Assembly (NCBI RefSeq): GCF_003334335.1
Contig: NZ_QOWQ01000021.1
Strand: one strand, 5' to 3'
Length of the DNA stretch: 64,000 bases
DNA from: Escherichia coli
GTDB taxonomy: Bacteria; Pseudomonadota; Gammaproteobacteria; Enterobacterales; Enterobacteriaceae
Under the pieces are notes generated by a model. That model worked only from the letters and a program-made list of their open reading frames with translations. It was not told the origin of the DNA and did no database searches. How positions within the stretch are numbered: position 1 is the first letter of the stretch; every line of letters begins with the position of its first letter. Of this stretch, positions 34,844-54,176 are shown piece by piece. Both the position numbers and the translations under genes were made by a program.

Positions 34844-36445
34844 TCAGGATACCACTGGCGCAATTTGTAACTGCGCCGACTCATGTCGTGCTACTTCATG
34901 TTCTTCAAGGGTAAATACCGCCACACGCGACGAAAGATGGTCGGCCTGATTCGCCAGTTGTTCCGTTGCCACCGCCGCTTCTTCTACCAGCGAGGCGTTC
35001 TGCTGAGTCACCTGATCCATCTGGCTGACAGCCTGTGCAACCTGCTCAATCCCCCGCTGTTGTTCTTCCGACGCAGAGGCAATTTCTCCCATAATGTCGT
35101 TCACGCGGGTCACCGAACTGACAATATCGATCATGGTCGCGGCGGCGTTATTCACCAGTTTCGAACCCTGCTGGACACGATTGACTGACTCTTCGATCAG
35201 CCCTTTGATCTCTTTTGCTGCCTGCGCGCTACGGCTGGCAAGATTGCGCACTTCACCTGCCACTACCGCAAAACCACGCCCCTGCTCTCCGGCGCGAGCC
35301 GCTTCCACTGCCGCATTCAGGGCCAGAATATTGGTCTGGAAAGCAATTCCGTCGATAACGCTGATAATGTCGCCAATTTTTTGCGAGCTGGTGGCGATCT
35401 CCTGCATGGTGTGAGTCATGGTACTGACCTGAACACCGCCCGCCTGCGCCGTTGTCGCGGCATTTTTTGCCAGTTCCGACGCCTGTCGTGCGTTATCGGC
35501 GTTTTGCCCTACCGTGGCGGTTAATTGCTCCATACTGGCGGCCGTTTGTGCCAGCGATGCCGCCTGCTGTTCGGTACGACTTGAGAGATCGTTATTGCCT
35601 GCGACAATCTCCGCGATCCCAATGTGCATCTCATGGCTTCCCTTACGCACATCACTCACCGTCCCACGCAAAGCCTGCTGCATGGTCTTCAGGCTGGCAA
35701 AAATGGCGGTGATCTCATTACGACCATATACCGCAATCGGACGCGCCAGATTACCCGCAGCAATGCTGTCAAAATGGCTACCAATAATGGCCAGTGGTTG
35801 AACAATCATCTTGCGCGTCCACCACAGCGCACTGCTGATGTAGATTGCCGCAACAATAATCATGCTGATAAACACCAGCGCCGAAATCTGATAGTTACGC
35901 TGACTTTGCGCACTGGCGGCTTCCAGCACATGGTTGATCTCCAGCTGCCAGGCCTCAAAGTTAACGTCAAACGCATTCTGTGATCCCTGCACCGGCGCAG
36001 TGAGGAAATCCGAAAGTTGATTACTTTCAAGCCAGGTCGCCTGATGTTCGAGATCGTTGTGCCAGCGGGCAAAACTTTTCTCCGTCTCTTTTTGCAATGC
36101 CCTGACGTGCTCGTTGCCCGCAGTCATCGCCATAAAACTTTTAAACAGCGTGGTGGATTGCGTCAGACTGGCGCGCGCCGTCGTCATCAACGTTTTAATG
36201 TCATCCGCCGGATAGCTAAGTGCCGTCAGAGTGCCCGCTTTGTTCAGCGCGGTACTGGCCTGTAACATTACCGCCCGAGTTTGCGCTAATGCCGCACGTT
36301 GCTGATTGCTCTGCTCGACCTGATTCAGTCGTTGCAAATCGTCGCGAAATGCCCAAAAAGACATGCCGTTACTGCCAATCTGCAAGATCCCGCAGAGAAT
36401 CAAAATTAAAAACAGCGTGGTCGAAATTCGAATACGATTAAACAT
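34844..36445 (-). CDS. tap: Methyl-accepting chemotaxis protein IV (dipeptide/pyrimidine sensor)
   Basis: MCP with HAMP and signalling domain; position between tar and cheR. Confidence 0.93.
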   Translation of the reverse strand: MFNRIRISTTLFLILILCGILQIGSNGMSFWAFRDDLQRLNQVEQSNQQRAALAQTRAVMLQASTALNKAGTLTALSYPADDIKTLMTTARASLTQSTTLFKSFMAMTAGNEHVRALQKETEKSFARWHNDLEHQATWLESNQLSDFLTAPVQGSQNAFDVNFEAWQLEINHVLEAASAQSQRNYQISALVFISMIIVAAIYISSALWWTRKMIVQPLAIIGSHFDSIAAGNLARPIAVYGRNEITAIFASLKTMQQALRGTVSDVRKGSHEMHIGIAEIVAGNNDLSSRTEQQAASLAQTAASMEQLTATVGQNADNARQASELAKNAATTAQAGGVQVSTMTHTMQEIATSSQKIGDIISVIDGIAFQTNILALNAAVEAARAGEQGRGFAVVAGEVRNLASRSAQAAKEIKGLIEESVNRVQQGSKLVNNAAATMIDIVSSVTRVNDIMGEIASASEEQQRGIEQVAQAVSQMDQVTQQNASLVEEAAVATEQLANQADHLSSRVAVFTLEEHEVARHESAQLQIAPVVS

Positions 36446-36490
36446 CAACGCTCCCCATCAGGCGGCAATGACCGCGTTAGTAAATACTCG

Positions 36491-38152
36491 TCAAAATGTT
36501 TCCCAGTTTGGATCTTGTTCAGCAATTCGCAGTCGTGGCTGTGCCGGTGGTTGCTCACTGGCAGGACGGGATGGTGTTTGCGGTTTATTGGTGAGTGGGC
36601 TGGCTGCCAGACGGAACGCGGAAACCGCTTGCGTTAAACGACTCGCCTGTTCTTCCAGCGCAGCGGCGGCGGCAGCTGATTCCTGCACCAGCGATGCGTT
36701 CTGTTGCGTGACGCGATCCATTTCCGAAACCGCCAATGCGACTTGATCGATGCCACGGCTCTGTTCATCCGATGCCGATGCAATCTCGCCCATAATGTCA
36801 GTCACGCGAGTGACAGCATTGACGATATTGTTCATTGTTTCCCCGGCGCTTTCGACCAGCACCGAACCGGTATCAACGCGTGAGACGGAGTCTTCAATGA
36901 GGGCTTTGATCTCTTTTGCCGCCTGGGCGCTGCGACTGGCAAGATTACGCACTTCACCCGCCACCACGGCAAAACCACGGCCCTGTTCACCCGCACGCGC
37001 GGCTTCAACCGCGGCATTCAGCGCGAGGATATTAGTCTGGAAGGCAATACCGTCGATAACGCTGATAATGTCGGCAATTTTCTTCGAACTATCGGCGATC
37101 TCATGCATCGTTTTCACTACGCCATCCACCACTTTGCCGCCGTGCTGGGCGGTGTCGGAGGCACTTTGCGCCAGTTGCGAGGCCTGGCGGGCGTTATCGG
37201 CGTTTTGCTTCACTGTCGCGGTGAGCTGCTCCATGCTGGCGGCAGTTTCTTCCAGCGCGGATGCCTGCTGTTCAGTACGGGAGGAAAGATCGGTGTTGCC
37301 CGCCGCAATTTCACGGGTACCGGCATAGATGGCATCTGAACCTTCGCGGACATGAGTGACGGTGTCAGTCAAAGAGCGTTGCATATGTGAAACGCTCTGC
37401 GCCAGGTCGCCCATTTCACTGCGCCCGTCAATGGTCAGGGTATTCGCCAGGTTACCACCGGCGATTTCGCGAATGTGAGCAATAATTTTTGCCAGCGGAG
37501 TAAGCAACATACGGCGAATGCCGTACCACGCCACCAGCAGAATCAATACCACCACCAGCGCGATAACCGCCAGTTGCCACTGGGCAAATCGGTAATCATC
37601 TGCGTTGTCAGTGACGATATCGCGATACAGTTTTTCACTGCTGAGGGCGTACTGAGCAAACGCTTCGCCCATTGCATTTTGCATTCCCTGGGTTGGCTGA
37701 GCGAAATAAGCTCCAGTATTGCCATAATCTAGATAATCAATCAGTTCAGTTAACGCTGTGTAATAGTTTTTATATTTTTCATCAATATTACGACTGGTAG
37801 CGACCATTTCAGGTAACGGTGCCATGCTTTTGAATTTTTTATAATGCGTCGCTGCCTGCGCCAATGTTTTCCTGGCGCTATCGAGCAATTCAACTTTGGC
37901 GTTACTTTGTTGATTGGAGGAATCCATCATCATCCGTACCGCTGAACGACTCAGGTTAATGCGCGTTTGCAGCATTAAATCCCAGGTTGACGTCAGCTCG
38001 CCCTGCTGTTCCCGTAATTGATTGGAAACCACAAAGCTCTTCTGGCTATGGTGAAGGGAAGAAAAAAACAGACTGCCGGAAATAAGCTGTAACAGTGCGA
38101 ATACCCCCAGCACCATTACCAACAGCGTGACTACGCGGATACGGTTAATCAT
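36491..38152 (-). CDS. tar: Methyl-accepting chemotaxis protein II (aspartate/maltose sensor)
   Basis: MCP from [22 protein letters not shown]; conserved position. Confidence 0.93.
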   Translation of the reverse strand: MINRIRVVTLLVMVLGVFALLQLISGSLFFSSLHHSQKSFVVSNQLREQQGELTSTWDLMLQTRINLSRSAVRMMMDSSNQQSNAKVELLDSARKTLAQAATHYKKFKSMAPLPEMVATSRNIDEKYKNYYTALTELIDYLDYGNTGAYFAQPTQGMQNAMGEAFAQYALSSEKLYRDIVTDNADDYRFAQWQLAVIALVVVLILLVAWYGIRRMLLTPLAKIIAHIREIAGGNLANTLTIDGRSEMGDLAQSVSHMQRSLTDTVTHVREGSDAIYAGTREIAAGNTDLSSRTEQQASALEETAASMEQLTATVKQNADNARQASQLAQSASDTAQHGGKVVDGVVKTMHEIADSSKKIADIISVIDGIAFQTNILALNAAVEAARAGEQGRGFAVVAGEVRNLASRSAQAAKEIKALIEDSVSRVDTGSVLVESAGETMNNIVNAVTRVTDIMGEIASASDEQSRGIDQVALAVSEMDRVTQQNASLVQESAAAAAALEEQASRLTQAVSAFRLAASPLTNKPQTPSRPASEQPPAQPRLRIAEQDPNWETF

Positions 38153-38296
38153 AAGGCACCTTCCTGAAAACAAGTTGATCTCGTTATCGGCAAGAAGGGG
38201 GGAAACTTTATTGCTGATGCCACCCGCCGCGAAATTGAAATAAAAAACCCGATGCGCAGATCATCGGGTTCATTTCAATTGAGGAAATCGGGAGAA

Positions 38297-38800
38297 TTAC
38301 GCCACTTCTGACGCCGCGCTATCTAACAGCGCCATCTCTTCGCTGTTCAGCAGTTTTTCGATGTTCACCAGAATCAACATACGGTCGCCCAGTGCGCCCA
38401 GTCCAGTGAGATATTCTGTTGAAAGCGTCACGGCAAATTCTGGTGCCGGACGAATTTGCTCCGCCGTCAATGAAAGCACGTCTGAAACGCCGTCAACCAC
38501 GATGCCAACCACCCGTTGTCCGAGATTCAGGACGATAACTACCGTGTTGTCGTTATAGTCCACATCCACCTGGCTGAACTTAATTCGTAAGTCAACAATC
38601 GGCACAATAACCCCGCGCAGATTCGTGACGCCTTTGATAAACGCTGGCGTGTTCGCAATCCGTGTTACCTGATCGTAGCCACGGATCTCCTGCACTTTCA
38701 GGATATCAATACCGTACTCTTCATCACCAAGGGTAAATACCAGAAATTCCTGGCCTGACGGCTCGCTGGCCAGCTTTGTTACATTCGTCATACCGGTCAT
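38297..38800 (-). CDS. cheW: Chemotaxis coupling protein CheW
   Basis: 167 aa. Confidence 0.96.
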
Positions 38801-38820
38801 ATTGTTACCTTTTTACTCAT

Positions 38821-41712
<2,892 letters not shown>

Positions 41713-41716
<4 letters not shown>

Positions 41717-42600
41717 GCTTCCTCGGTTGTCGTCTGTTGTTGCGGATTTTTCACCGCACGCACATGCTCTTCCAGTTCAATAAACGACGGACGTTCGCTG
41801 GAATAGAGCGTTTTGCGACCAAACTCAACGGCGATAGGCGGTGCGTAACCGTTCAGATTAGAAAGCAGAGTGACTTTGACGCACTGCATCATTTTGCTGG
41901 TTTCGGCGCTTTTCTGACGTAAAACACTCGCTAATGGGGAAATAAATCCGTAAGCCAATAAAATGCCGAGGAAAGTCCCCACCATCGCATGTGCGATAAG
42001 CGCACCCAGCTCGGCGGCAGGACGATCGGCTGAACCTAACGCGTGAACGACCCCCATTACAGCCGCGACAATACCAAACGCCGGAAGTGAGTCCCCGACC
42101 AGCGCCAGACTGTTCGCCGGGACTTCTGCCTCGCTTTCGTGCGTCTCAATCTCTTCATCCATCAGGGCTTCGATTTCGAAGGTGTTCATATGACCGCTGA
42201 TAATCAGACGCAGATAATCGACGATAAAATCAAGCATGACGCTATCCGCGAGGATGCGTGGGTAGCTGGCGAAGATCTCGCTCTCACGGGGATTTTCAAT
42301 ATCACGTTCCAGCGAAAACATCCCCATCTGCCGCGATTTCGCCATCAACCGATAAAGCAGAGCCAGCAGATCCATATACATTGCTTTGGTGTATTTGGAG
42401 CGACGAAACAGCAACGGCAGCGCCTTCAGCGTGCCTTTAATCGCTTTGCCATTATTGCCGACGATAAACGACCCAATCCCTGCACCGGCAATAATCACCA
42501 GTTCAGCGGGTTGATAGAGTGCTCCAAGGCTTCCACCGGTCATCAAATAACCGCCGAAAACTGTACCGAGAACAACCAGGTAACCTAATAAGATAAGCAC
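41713..42600 (-). CDS. motA: Flagellar stator protein MotA
   Basis: 295 aa, four TM helices. Confidence 0.96.
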
Positions 42601-42726
42601 GACATCATCCTTCCACTGTTGACCATGACAGGATGTTCAGTCGTCAGGCGTTAACGCGCGATTGGGGCAAAAAAAAGCAGCGGTACGTCGTTACCGCTGC
42701 TGGAATGTTGCGCCTCACCGTATCAG

Positions 42727-43305
42727 TTAAACAGCCTGTACTCTCTGTTCATCCAGCAGTTGTGGGATAATATCGGCAGGATTCTGGGAAAGTTTACGTC
42801 TTTTTACTGCCCGGGATGGCGGTTGACATAAGCTGCAGGCAAAGCTGCCAACAGGCTGGTGAGCGTGGGTAATAAAATTGCCGCCGCAGCAGTTGCAGCT
42901 GGAAAGTTGCAGTAATCCACTTTCAACAAACCGCACCAATGTCCAGGCACGGGTTAATGCCAGCAGTGGTCCTTCTTCTGCTTGTGGGCACTGTTCAAGG
43001 TATAAACGGTAGGCTTTGATCACCGCATCGACGCCATTACACAAACCGGTTTTCAGTAAAAACTGCCATGCATTACAGAACATCGAAGCATGAACGTTTT
43101 GTTCCCAGGTCATAAACCAGTCGGTTGAGAATGGCAGCATGCCTTTCGGCGGTGGGCTTCCGCGCAGTTCTTTATAAAGTTTTATCAGGCGTCCGCGACT
43201 TAACTGTGTTTCGCTTTCCAGCATCTGCAAACGAGCGCCCAGGGTGATCAATTCCATTGCCAGCTGAATATCCCGCGCTTCCTGAACAATGCTTTTTTCA
43301 CTCAT
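42727..43305 (-). CDS. flhC: Flagellar master regulator subunit FlhC
   Basis: 192 aa, zinc-binding Cys cluster. Confidence 0.96.
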
Positions 43306-43307
43306 GA

Positions 43308-43658
43308 TCAGGCCCTTTTCTTGCGCAGCGCTTCTTCAGGCTGATTAACATCATTCAGCAAGCGTGTTGAGAGCATGATGCCGGTATGAATTTGCTGGAG
43401 ATCGTCAACGCGGGAATCTTGCGTCAACTGAGTAATCGTCTGGTGGCTGTCAAAACGGAAGTGACAAACCAGTTGATTGGTTTCTGCCAGCTTAACCATT
43501 TGCGGAAGAGTCAGTGCCGCTAACGTTGTCGCCATTTCTTCATTTATGCCGAGACGAAACATAGCGGACGCTTTGTCCTGAACAATCAAACGCTGTGCAA
43601 GTAGTAAATATGACAAGTTGATGTCATAAATGTGTTTCAGCAACTCGGAGGTATGCAT
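43308..43658 (-). CDS. flhD: Flagellar master regulator subunit FlhD
   Basis: [26 protein letters not shown]. Confidence 0.96.
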
Positions 43659-43667
43659 TATTCCCAC

Positions 43668-44438
43668 CCAGAATAACCAACTTTATTTTTATGCGGTTTC
43701 ACCGCACCCCGTGATGTCGCCGGGAAGCCCCGGTAAAAAATAATTAGCATTAGAATAGTTGCGATAAGCTGCAATAAGCAGAACCACCTTTTTTGGTTTA
43801 ATATGTCCTTACAAATAGAAATGGGTCTTTACACTTATCTAAGATTTTTCCTAAATCGACGCAACTGTACTCGTCACTACACGCACATACAACGGAGGGG
43901 GGCTGCGATTTTCAATAATGTGTGATGCAGATCACACAAAACACTCAATTACTTAACATAAATGTATAAGTCATACTTTTGTTTTGGGTGTATTTCAATC
44001 TGTTAAAAAGTTTTTCGCTACGCTAGCAAGCAAAAATGAAACAGGAATAATCGAAATGGGATGCTGCGCACAGTTAAAATAACTCACCGTAAATAATCAT
44101 CTGCTATAAATAATCACTTTCATGCAATACCAGATAAGCTATTTTTAAACAGACACTTACCGCACAACAAACTAATTAAATACAAAGAAAGGCAACAATC
44201 AACTTAATGTTAATGAAATGTTTTACATATATTAACCACTTATTTAATGCGGAGAATCAGTACACTATTTTCTTATAATTACATTTGAAATTATATGATC
44301 ACCGGGAGTGATTGATTAATTGTCTTTACTAATAATCAGACTAATATTTACCTGTTTGACCGAGTTGGGATTGCGTCGTTTCTCCATTAGGAGTAAAGCT
44401 TTAATGTCACCTGAAGTTCACAGAATAAGGAACAGGTT
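43668..44438. promoter_or_regulatory. flhDC/uspC divergent intergenic regulatory region (AT-rich, about 770 bp, no IS insertion)
   Basis: Long AT-rich leader upstream of flhD; no transposase ORF present. Confidence 0.7.
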
Positions 44439-44867
44439 ATGAGCTATAGCAATATTCTTGTCGCTGTTGCGGTTACACCGGAAAGTCAGCAACTGCTGGC
44501 AAAAGCGGTATCTATCGCCAGGCCAGTAAAGGGACACATCAGTTTAATTACTCTCGCTTCCGACCCGGAAATGTACAATCAATTAGCCGCGCCGATGCTT
44601 GAAGATTTACGCAGCGTGATGCAAGAAGAAACGCAAAGCTTTCTTGATAAGTTAATTCAGGATGCGGGGTATCCCGTTGACAAGACGTTTATTGCCTACG
44701 GTGAGTTAAGCGAACATATTCTGGAAGTATGTCACAAACATCATTTCGATTTGGTGATTTGCGGTAATCACAATCACAGTTTCTTTTCGCGAGCATCCTG
44801 CTCGGCGAAAAGAGTGATTGCCTCAAGTGAGGTCGATGTGCTGTTAGTTCCACTTACGGGTGATTAA
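44439..44867 (+). CDS. uspC: Universal stress protein C
   Basis: 142 aa Usp domain. Confidence 0.92.
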   Translation: MSYSNILVAVAVTPESQQLLAKAVSIARPVKGHISLITLASDPEMYNQLAAPMLEDLRSVMQEETQSFLDKLIQDAGYPVDKTFIAYGELSEHILEVCHKHHFDLVICGNHNHSFFSRASCSAKRVIASSEVDVLLVPLTGD

Positions 44868-44873
44868 CCGCTC

Positions 44874-48226
<3,353 letters not shown>

Positions 48227-48240
48227 CATACTCTCCTTAC

Positions 48241-49755
48241 TCAGGCAACTGCCTGGCTGACTTTAGGCATCGCAAGGCTCAGTGCCTGACGCTCATCTGC
48301 CTGCTCGTGTAACAATTCACCGGCGATTTCACCTTCCCGCATCACCACAATCCGGTCGGCAACGCCGAGGACTTCAGGTAAGTCGCTGGAGGCAAACAGC
48401 ACCGCCACACCCTGCGCCGCCAGCGCATAAATTACGTTATATATTTCGTGCTTAGCACCAACATCAATGCCGCGCGTAGGTTCATCCAGCAAAATGACCT
48501 TCATCTCTTCCGATAACCAGCGGCCCAGAATGGCTTTTTGCTGATTTCCGCCTGAGAGATTCATGATCAGTTGCTCAGCGCCCGGCGTTTTGATGTTGAG
48601 CGAACGAATGTGGTGATCGGCATTGTTTTCTTCCCAACCGTTGTTGATTACACAACCGCCGAGCACATGTTTACGTCTGGCACTGATGTTGATATTGTCG
48701 CGAACGGAGTGCACGGGAATAATGCCTTCCGCTTTGCGATCTTCCGGGCAGAGCATCATGCCTGCGGCAATGGCGTGGCTCGGTTTACGAATATCGATCG
48801 GCTGTTGGTCGATATAAACCTGACCGGCGGTGATTTGCGTCCCGCCAAACAAGCCTTTCATTAATTCGCTACGCCCCGCCCCTACCAGACCAAACAGCCC
48901 AACAATTTCACCACTGCGAACCGCCAGACTTATTGGCGTACGCACGCCTGGTGCTTTCACAGCATCAAGACGCAGGCGCTCCTCGCCATAACTACGAGGT
49001 TGCCAGCCGTAGATATCGCCAATGTCGCGCCCGACCATCGCCTGCACCAGCGCGTCGTGGTCAACCTGCTGCATATCGGTAAAGGTTTTGACATAACGTC
49101 CATCTTTAAAGACAGTGATGGCATCGCTGAGGGCAAATATTTCTTCCATACGGTGAGAAACGTATAAGATCACCCGCCCCTCTTTTCGCAGTTCACGAAT
49201 AACGCGGAAAAGATTGTCGATTTCGCGGGCAGAAAGGGAGCTGGTTGGCTCATCAAAGGCGATAATTTTAGCGTTACGCGCCAGCGCCTTGGCGATTTCA
49301 ACCATCTGCCACTGACCAATGGAGAGATATTTCAGCGGCGTGTCCGGGTCAATATCCATACCAAGATGTTTAAGTTGTAAACCCGCCTCATAATTCAGCA
49401 ATGAGCGATTCACAATGCCGCCTTTATGCGGCAGCTGGCCGAGATAGATGTTTTCCGCGACGGTCATTTCCGGCACGAGATGCAGTTCCTGGTAAATAAT
49501 CGCCACACCCGCGTTAAGTGCTGCGGTCGTGTCGGAAAAGGACATTTCCTGCCCATTAATCACTACAGAACCCGTGGTTGGCGCATAGTTGCCGCTGAGG
49601 ATTTTTAAGAGAGTTGATTTTCCTGCGCCATTTTCACCCATCAACGCATGAACCTGACCGGCATAGCAGTCAAAACTAATATCCGTCAGCGCCTTAACGC
49701 CGGGAAACGTTTTACCGATGCCGCGAAATGAGAGATACGGGGTAGACTGTTGCAT
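48241..49755 (-). CDS. araG: L-arabinose ABC transporter ATP-binding protein
   Basis: Duplicated ABC ATPase (two Walker A motifs: [16 protein letters not shown]). Confidence 0.95.
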   Translation of the reverse strand: MQQSTPYLSFRGIGKTFPGVKALTDISFDCYAGQVHALMGENGAGKSTLLKILSGNYAPTTGSVVINGQEMSFSDTTAALNAGVAIIYQELHLVPEMTVAENIYLGQLPHKGGIVNRSLLNYEAGLQLKHLGMDIDPDTPLKYLSIGQWQMVEIAKALARNAKIIAFDEPTSSLSAREIDNLFRVIRELRKEGRVILYVSHRMEEIFALSDAITVFKDGRYVKTFTDMQQVDHDALVQAMVGRDIGDIYGWQPRSYGEERLRLDAVKAPGVRTPISLAVRSGEIVGLFGLVGAGRSELMKGLFGGTQITAGQVYIDQQPIDIRKPSHAIAAGMMLCPEDRKAEGIIPVHSVRDNINISARRKHVLGGCVINNGWEENNADHHIRSLNIKTPGAEQLIMNLSGGNQQKAILGRWLSEEMKVILLDEPTRGIDVGAKHEIYNVIYALAAQGVAVLFASSDLPEVLGVADRIVVMREGEIAGELLHEQADERQALSLAMPKVSQAVA

Positions 49756-49824
49756 AACGTCTCCGTGAATCACTGGTCGTTCACACCCCCTCTGCATCAT
49801 GCAGAGGGGAATTTTTCCGGCAAA

Positions 49825-50814
49825 TTACTTACCGCCTAAACCTTTTTTCTCCAGTTCTTCTTTAAAGTTGTCACGCGTGATCAGCACCACGTCGGTAACT
49901 TCGGTAAATTTTGGCGGTTCAACGTCTTTTGCTACCCAGTTGTAAAGCATTTCGCTGGATTTATAGCCATGTACGTCCGGGCTTGGCAGCAGGGAACCGT
50001 AGAAGCCGGTTGCCTGTGCTTTAGACAGTTCGCTCACCGCATCCACACCGTTAATGCCAATGCCGATGATATCGGCAGCTTTAAAGCCCTGACCTTCCGT
50101 CGCGCGTACGCCGCCCAGCACGGTGCTGTCGTTCATACCGACGATCAGCCAATGTTTAACTTCCGGATGTTGAACCAGCATTGAGTTGGCAGCGTCAAAT
50201 GCCCCCGGGATGTCGTTAGATTTGGTAGGTACCTGATAAATTTGTTTTTCCGGGAATCCGGCCGCTTTCAGCGCATCCATAGAACCCGTTGTACGGCGAC
50301 GTGCCGTATCCAGTTCGTTGGCGGTAATCGCCATCACCGCGCTTTCTTTGACATCCCAGCCACGTTTCTGCATCTCTTTATACAGTTCCTGACCCTGACG
50401 TTCGCCAATTTTAGTCGCCGCCATCATCACCAGCGGAACGGTATCCATTGGCTTACCTTTGGCGTTAACAAACTGGTCATCCACGGCAATGACTTTCATA
50501 TCGTAGCCACGCGCTTTCGCGACGATGGCAGAGCCGAGTTTGGGGTCCGGAGTACAAATAACGAAACCTTTTGCGCCACTGGCAGCCAGGCTGTCGATCG
50601 CGTTCAATGTTTTTTCGCCATCCGGCACGGCAATCTTAATAACCTCAAACCCTAAATCCTTCCCGGCTTTATCGGCAAACTTCCATTCGGTCTGGAACCA
50701 CGGCTCTTCCGGTTGCTTCACCAGGAAACCGAGCTTCAGGTTCTCCGCCATAGCGGATTGTGACATAACGGCTGCCAGACCAATGGCTGCCAGGGCTTTA
50801 GTAAATTTGTGCAT
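49825..50814 (-). CDS. araF: L-arabinose periplasmic binding protein
   Basis: Signal peptide MHKFTKALAAIGLAAVMSQSAMA. Confidence 0.95.
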   Translation of the reverse strand: MHKFTKALAAIGLAAVMSQSAMAENLKLGFLVKQPEEPWFQTEWKFADKAGKDLGFEVIKIAVPDGEKTLNAIDSLAASGAKGFVICTPDPKLGSAIVAKARGYDMKVIAVDDQFVNAKGKPMDTVPLVMMAATKIGERQGQELYKEMQKRGWDVKESAVMAITANELDTARRRTTGSMDALKAAGFPEKQIYQVPTKSNDIPGAFDAANSMLVQHPEVKHWLIVGMNDSTVLGGVRATEGQGFKAADIIGIGINGVDAVSELSKAQATGFYGSLLPSPDVHGYKSSEMLYNWVAKDVEPPKFTEVTDVVLITRDNFKEELEKKGLGGK

Positions 50815-51610
50815 GGTTCTCTCCAGCTTTAGTGTCGTTTTGTGTAGGGCAAAAACGAATGACATTCGTTAAATTAATCGGAAAACAAAGCATTACCTTT
50901 TAACTAAAAGATAAGTGACTGTGTTGACATAGTTTTAGCGAGAAATTAATTCTCCATAGGAGAGCAATATCACATCGCAGAATTACAGTGAGAACGTGCA
51001 TAAATTTAGCGGGAAAAGACATAAGGGAAAGCCAATTTGTCAGACAAATTGTCGAATGCACAGCAGATTAATCCATAAGATTAGCCTGGAAATCCTTGTT
51101 GTCTTTGGTACCCATGCGGGATGTCTTCTTTTTAACCAGTCAATAGGCCGCATTACCTGGCGTTGAGTTTTTGAAATGGTGTAATAACCACAACTCAAAG
51201 ATGTGGAAAATGCGCGTCATTCATTTCGCCATTAATTATCACCGTGCTCATTAATTAACAGAACACGTATAATGAGAGCCATCTCGCAAAAATGAAAAAA
51301 CGTTTTATAAAATCATCATTTCATCATGAATTCAAATTAATCGTTTAATATCAACAAGATACAAAAAGCACTATCATTAAAATTCATTGCAGTTACATTG
51401 ATTTCATCAATGAAATGTAAAAATATATAAACTTGATGATTTAAGCATTTTCTTATACCCGTTCAGACGTTATTCTTATTTCAGATCATCGTCAGAATTG
51501 ACTCCACGATCACATTTCGGACCGGCAGAAAGGAATTATTCTGCAAACAGTAATTATGGTGTTTTGATTTATCTTGCACCTCTCCACTTCTGGATATAAG
51601 GATATTAGGT

Positions 51611-52114
51611 ATGGCAACCGCTGGAATGCTTCTCAAACTCAACTCTCAAATGAACCGCGAGTTTTACGCATCCAATCTCTACCTTCACCTGAGTAACTGG
51701 TGTTCTGAACAGAGTCTGAACGGCACCGCCACTTTCCTTCGCGCCCAGGCACAGAGTAATGTGACCCAAATGATGCGCATGTTTAACTTTATGAAGAGTG
51801 TCGGCGCTACCCCCATCGTTAAAGCCATTGATGTTCCCGGTGAAAAACTGAACTCTCTGGAAGAACTGTTCCAAAAAACGATGGAAGAATACGAGCAACG
51901 TTCAAGCACGCTGGCGCAGTTAGCCGATGAAGCGAAAGAACTGAATGATGATTCAACCGTCAATTTCCTGCGCGATCTTGAAAAAGAACAGCAGCATGAT
52001 GGCCTGTTGCTGCAAACCATTCTTGATGAAGTGCGCAGTGCGAAACTTGCGGGTATGTGCCCTGTGCAGACCGACCAACATGTTCTGAATGTCGTGTCAC
52101 ACCAGCTGCATTGA
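51611..52114 (+). CDS. ftnB: Ferritin-like protein FtnB
   Basis: 167 aa ferritin-like four-helix protein. Confidence 0.9.
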   Translation: MATAGMLLKLNSQMNREFYASNLYLHLSNWCSEQSLNGTATFLRAQAQSNVTQMMRMFNFMKSVGATPIVKAIDVPGEKLNSLEELFQKTMEEYEQRSSTLAQLADEAKELNDDSTVNFLRDLEKEQQHDGLLLQTILDEVRSAKLAGMCPVQTDQHVLNVVSHQLH

Positions 52115-52192
52115 TCATCATCGGCGCTAATGCATTGCGCCGATGAAGGTTTTGAGAAACCGCTGCCTCATCTGTTTGAAGCAGCGGTTTTT

Positions 52193-52444
52193 TTAATGGG
52201 ATTCACCCTGTGGGGTAAACTTGAGTTCAATAAGCGCGATGGCTTTTTGGATTGCCCGCATGGTGACCGGGTCTGCGGCGGCGGGATGGTTAGTAAAGTC
52301 GATATTCTTCAGCTGACTGGACATTTTTTCACGAACTTCAACGGGCGCGATTACATCGAGAACATCCAGAATTTGTTTGATAACCAACTGGCAAGCAACC
52401 ACATCAGAAACCAATTCCTGATCGGCATTCAGCGGCTGGGACAT
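52193..52444 (-). CDS. yecJ: YecJ (DUF2766) protein
   Basis: 83-aa ORF in conserved position. Confidence 0.8.
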
Positions 52445-52558
52445 CGTAAACTCCTGATAGCATTTTGAAAGCCGTTATAGTAGCGACTTCACATCTTCAG
52501 CGATAGTCACATCCACCGTCATCAGGACACAAAAAAACCTGCCGGAGCAGGTTTTTTG

Positions 52559-52645
52559 TTATCGGAACATATTGCCTGGCGGTACGTCTTTGAACGTCTT
52601 GCAATAGTTATTGAACATACTTTTCAGGATTTTGCGCAGTTTCAT
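52559..52645 (-). CDS. azuC: Small protein AzuC (28 aa; MKLRKILKSMFNNYCKTFKDVPPGNMFR)
   Basis: Exact small ORF read from the minus strand; below the ORF-track size cut-off. Confidence 0.8.
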   Translation of the reverse strand: MKLRKILKSMFNNYCKTFKDVPPGNMFR

Positions 52646-52907
52646 CGCGGCACTCCGACCATTTGTTATACAGGTGTTATTGTCTTTGCGCTTATAATAT
52701 GACAACCATCACAAAAATCAATCTTTATGTGATACAAATCACATAAATACCCCTTTAATGTTATAAAAATGATAATCAAAAAACAGCCCCCCTATTTCTG
52801 ACACCTACAGATGGCAAGAAATAGCGCCTGCCAGGCGTCTTTTCCGGCCATTGTCGCAGCACTGTAACGCGTAAAATAGTGCTTTCTCTTACTCTTCTGG
52901 CTGGACC

Positions 52908-53231
52908 ATGAGACTTCTGATTCTGACTCTTTCATTAATAACGCTGGCGGGGTGTACGGTTACTCGCCAAGCCCATGTGAGCGAAGTTGACGTGGCAACA
53001 GGTATTGTACGGTTAGTTTATGACCAGGCTTTTTTGCAGCATGCCCATACCGATCGTTATGTCAGTCGCGGGATCGCCGATCGCGCATGCCAGCAGGAAG
53101 GCTATACCCACGCGGTCCCCTTTGGTCAGCCAGTAGGCAACTGTAGCCTTTTTGCGGGTTCCTTATGTTTGAATACGGAATTCACTTTGTCATATCAGTG
53201 CCATCATTCCGCCTTCCCTGTCTTTCTCTAA
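52908..53231 (+). CDS. yecR: Lipoprotein YecR
   Basis: Lipobox LAGC after the signal peptide. Confidence 0.85.
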   Translation: MRLLILTLSLITLAGCTVTRQAHVSEVDVATGIVRLVYDQAFLQHAHTDRYVSRGIADRACQQEGYTHAVPFGQPVGNCSLFAGSLCLNTEFTLSYQCHHSAFPVFL

Positions 53232-53401
53232 ATATTTTAATCAGCGAGGGGATCTTCGCTGATTAAAGAAATAGCGGTAATGCGTTTTATTCCCATTCGT
53301 ATTTTTAATAATTGAAGTTTATATTTTACCTTTTGCAAATAATAAAATAACAAATTATAGTGACGCCACAGCAACAAATATAACCTTTGTGGAGCACTAT
53401 C

Positions 53402-53899
53402 ATGCTGAAACCAGAAATGATTGAAAAACTTAATGAGCAGATGAACCTGGAACTGTACTCTTCACTGCTTTATCAGCAAATGAGCGCCTGGTGCAGCTAT
53501 CATACCTTCGAAGGTGCTGCCGCGTTCCTGCGCCGTCACGCCCAGGAAGAGATGACGCATATGCAGCATCTGTTTGATTACCTGACTGATACCGGCAATT
53601 TACCGCGTATTAATACCGTTGAATCTCCGTTTGCTGAATATTCCTCACTTGATGAATTATTCCAGGAAACCTATAAACACGAACAATTAATCACCCAGAA
53701 AATTAACGAACTGGCTCATGCTGCAATGACCAATCAGGACTACCCAACATTTAATTTCCTGCAATGGTATGTTTCTGAGCAGCATGAAGAAGAGAAACTG
53801 TTCAAATCGATTATTGATAAATTAAGCCTGGCAGGCAAAAGCGGCGAAGGTCTGTATTTTATCGACAAAGAACTCTCTACCCTCGACACACAAAACTAA
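53402..53899 (+). CDS. ftnA: Ferritin FtnA
   Basis: 165 aa from [15 protein letters not shown]. Confidence 0.95.
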   Translation: MLKPEMIEKLNEQMNLELYSSLLYQQMSAWCSYHTFEGAAAFLRRHAQEEMTHMQHLFDYLTDTGNLPRINTVESPFAEYSSLDELFQETYKHEQLITQKINELAHAAMTNQDYPTFNFLQWYVSEQHEEEKLFKSIIDKLSLAGKSGEGLYFIDKELSTLDTQN

Positions 53900-53936
53900 T
53901 GCTCTCCGGCGGCAGGTTTACTGCCGCCGTTTCAAA

Positions 53937-54176
53937 TCAGTGACGGCAAATCTTACTCTGATCGGTCGAAAAACCGTCTTCCGAAGGTATAAATTTGCCT
54001 TTTGCTGCCAGAAACGCTACCAGCTCTCCCGCAGTCATCCCTTCTGCCGAGCAGGTGTGAAAACGTGCCTGTTCACCAAAACGCGCTTTAATCGCAGCTT
54101 CCAGACTGGCATGCGTATATTGCTCGCCTGATTCAATCATCATATTTAACACTTCATGACCGTGAATAGAGTCCAT
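53937..54176 (-). CDS. yecH: YecH (DUF2492) protein
   Basis: 79-aa ORF in conserved position. Confidence 0.85.
   Translation of the reverse strand: MDSIHGHEVLNMMIESGEQYTHASLEAAIKARFGEQARFHTCSAEGMTAGELVAFLAAKGKFIPSEDGFSTDQSKICRH

Noticed and set aside
43668-44438. Checked the flhDC upstream region for an IS insertion
   Set aside because: There is no transposase-like ORF or terminal inverted repeat. The region is an uninterrupted AT-rich regulatory leader.
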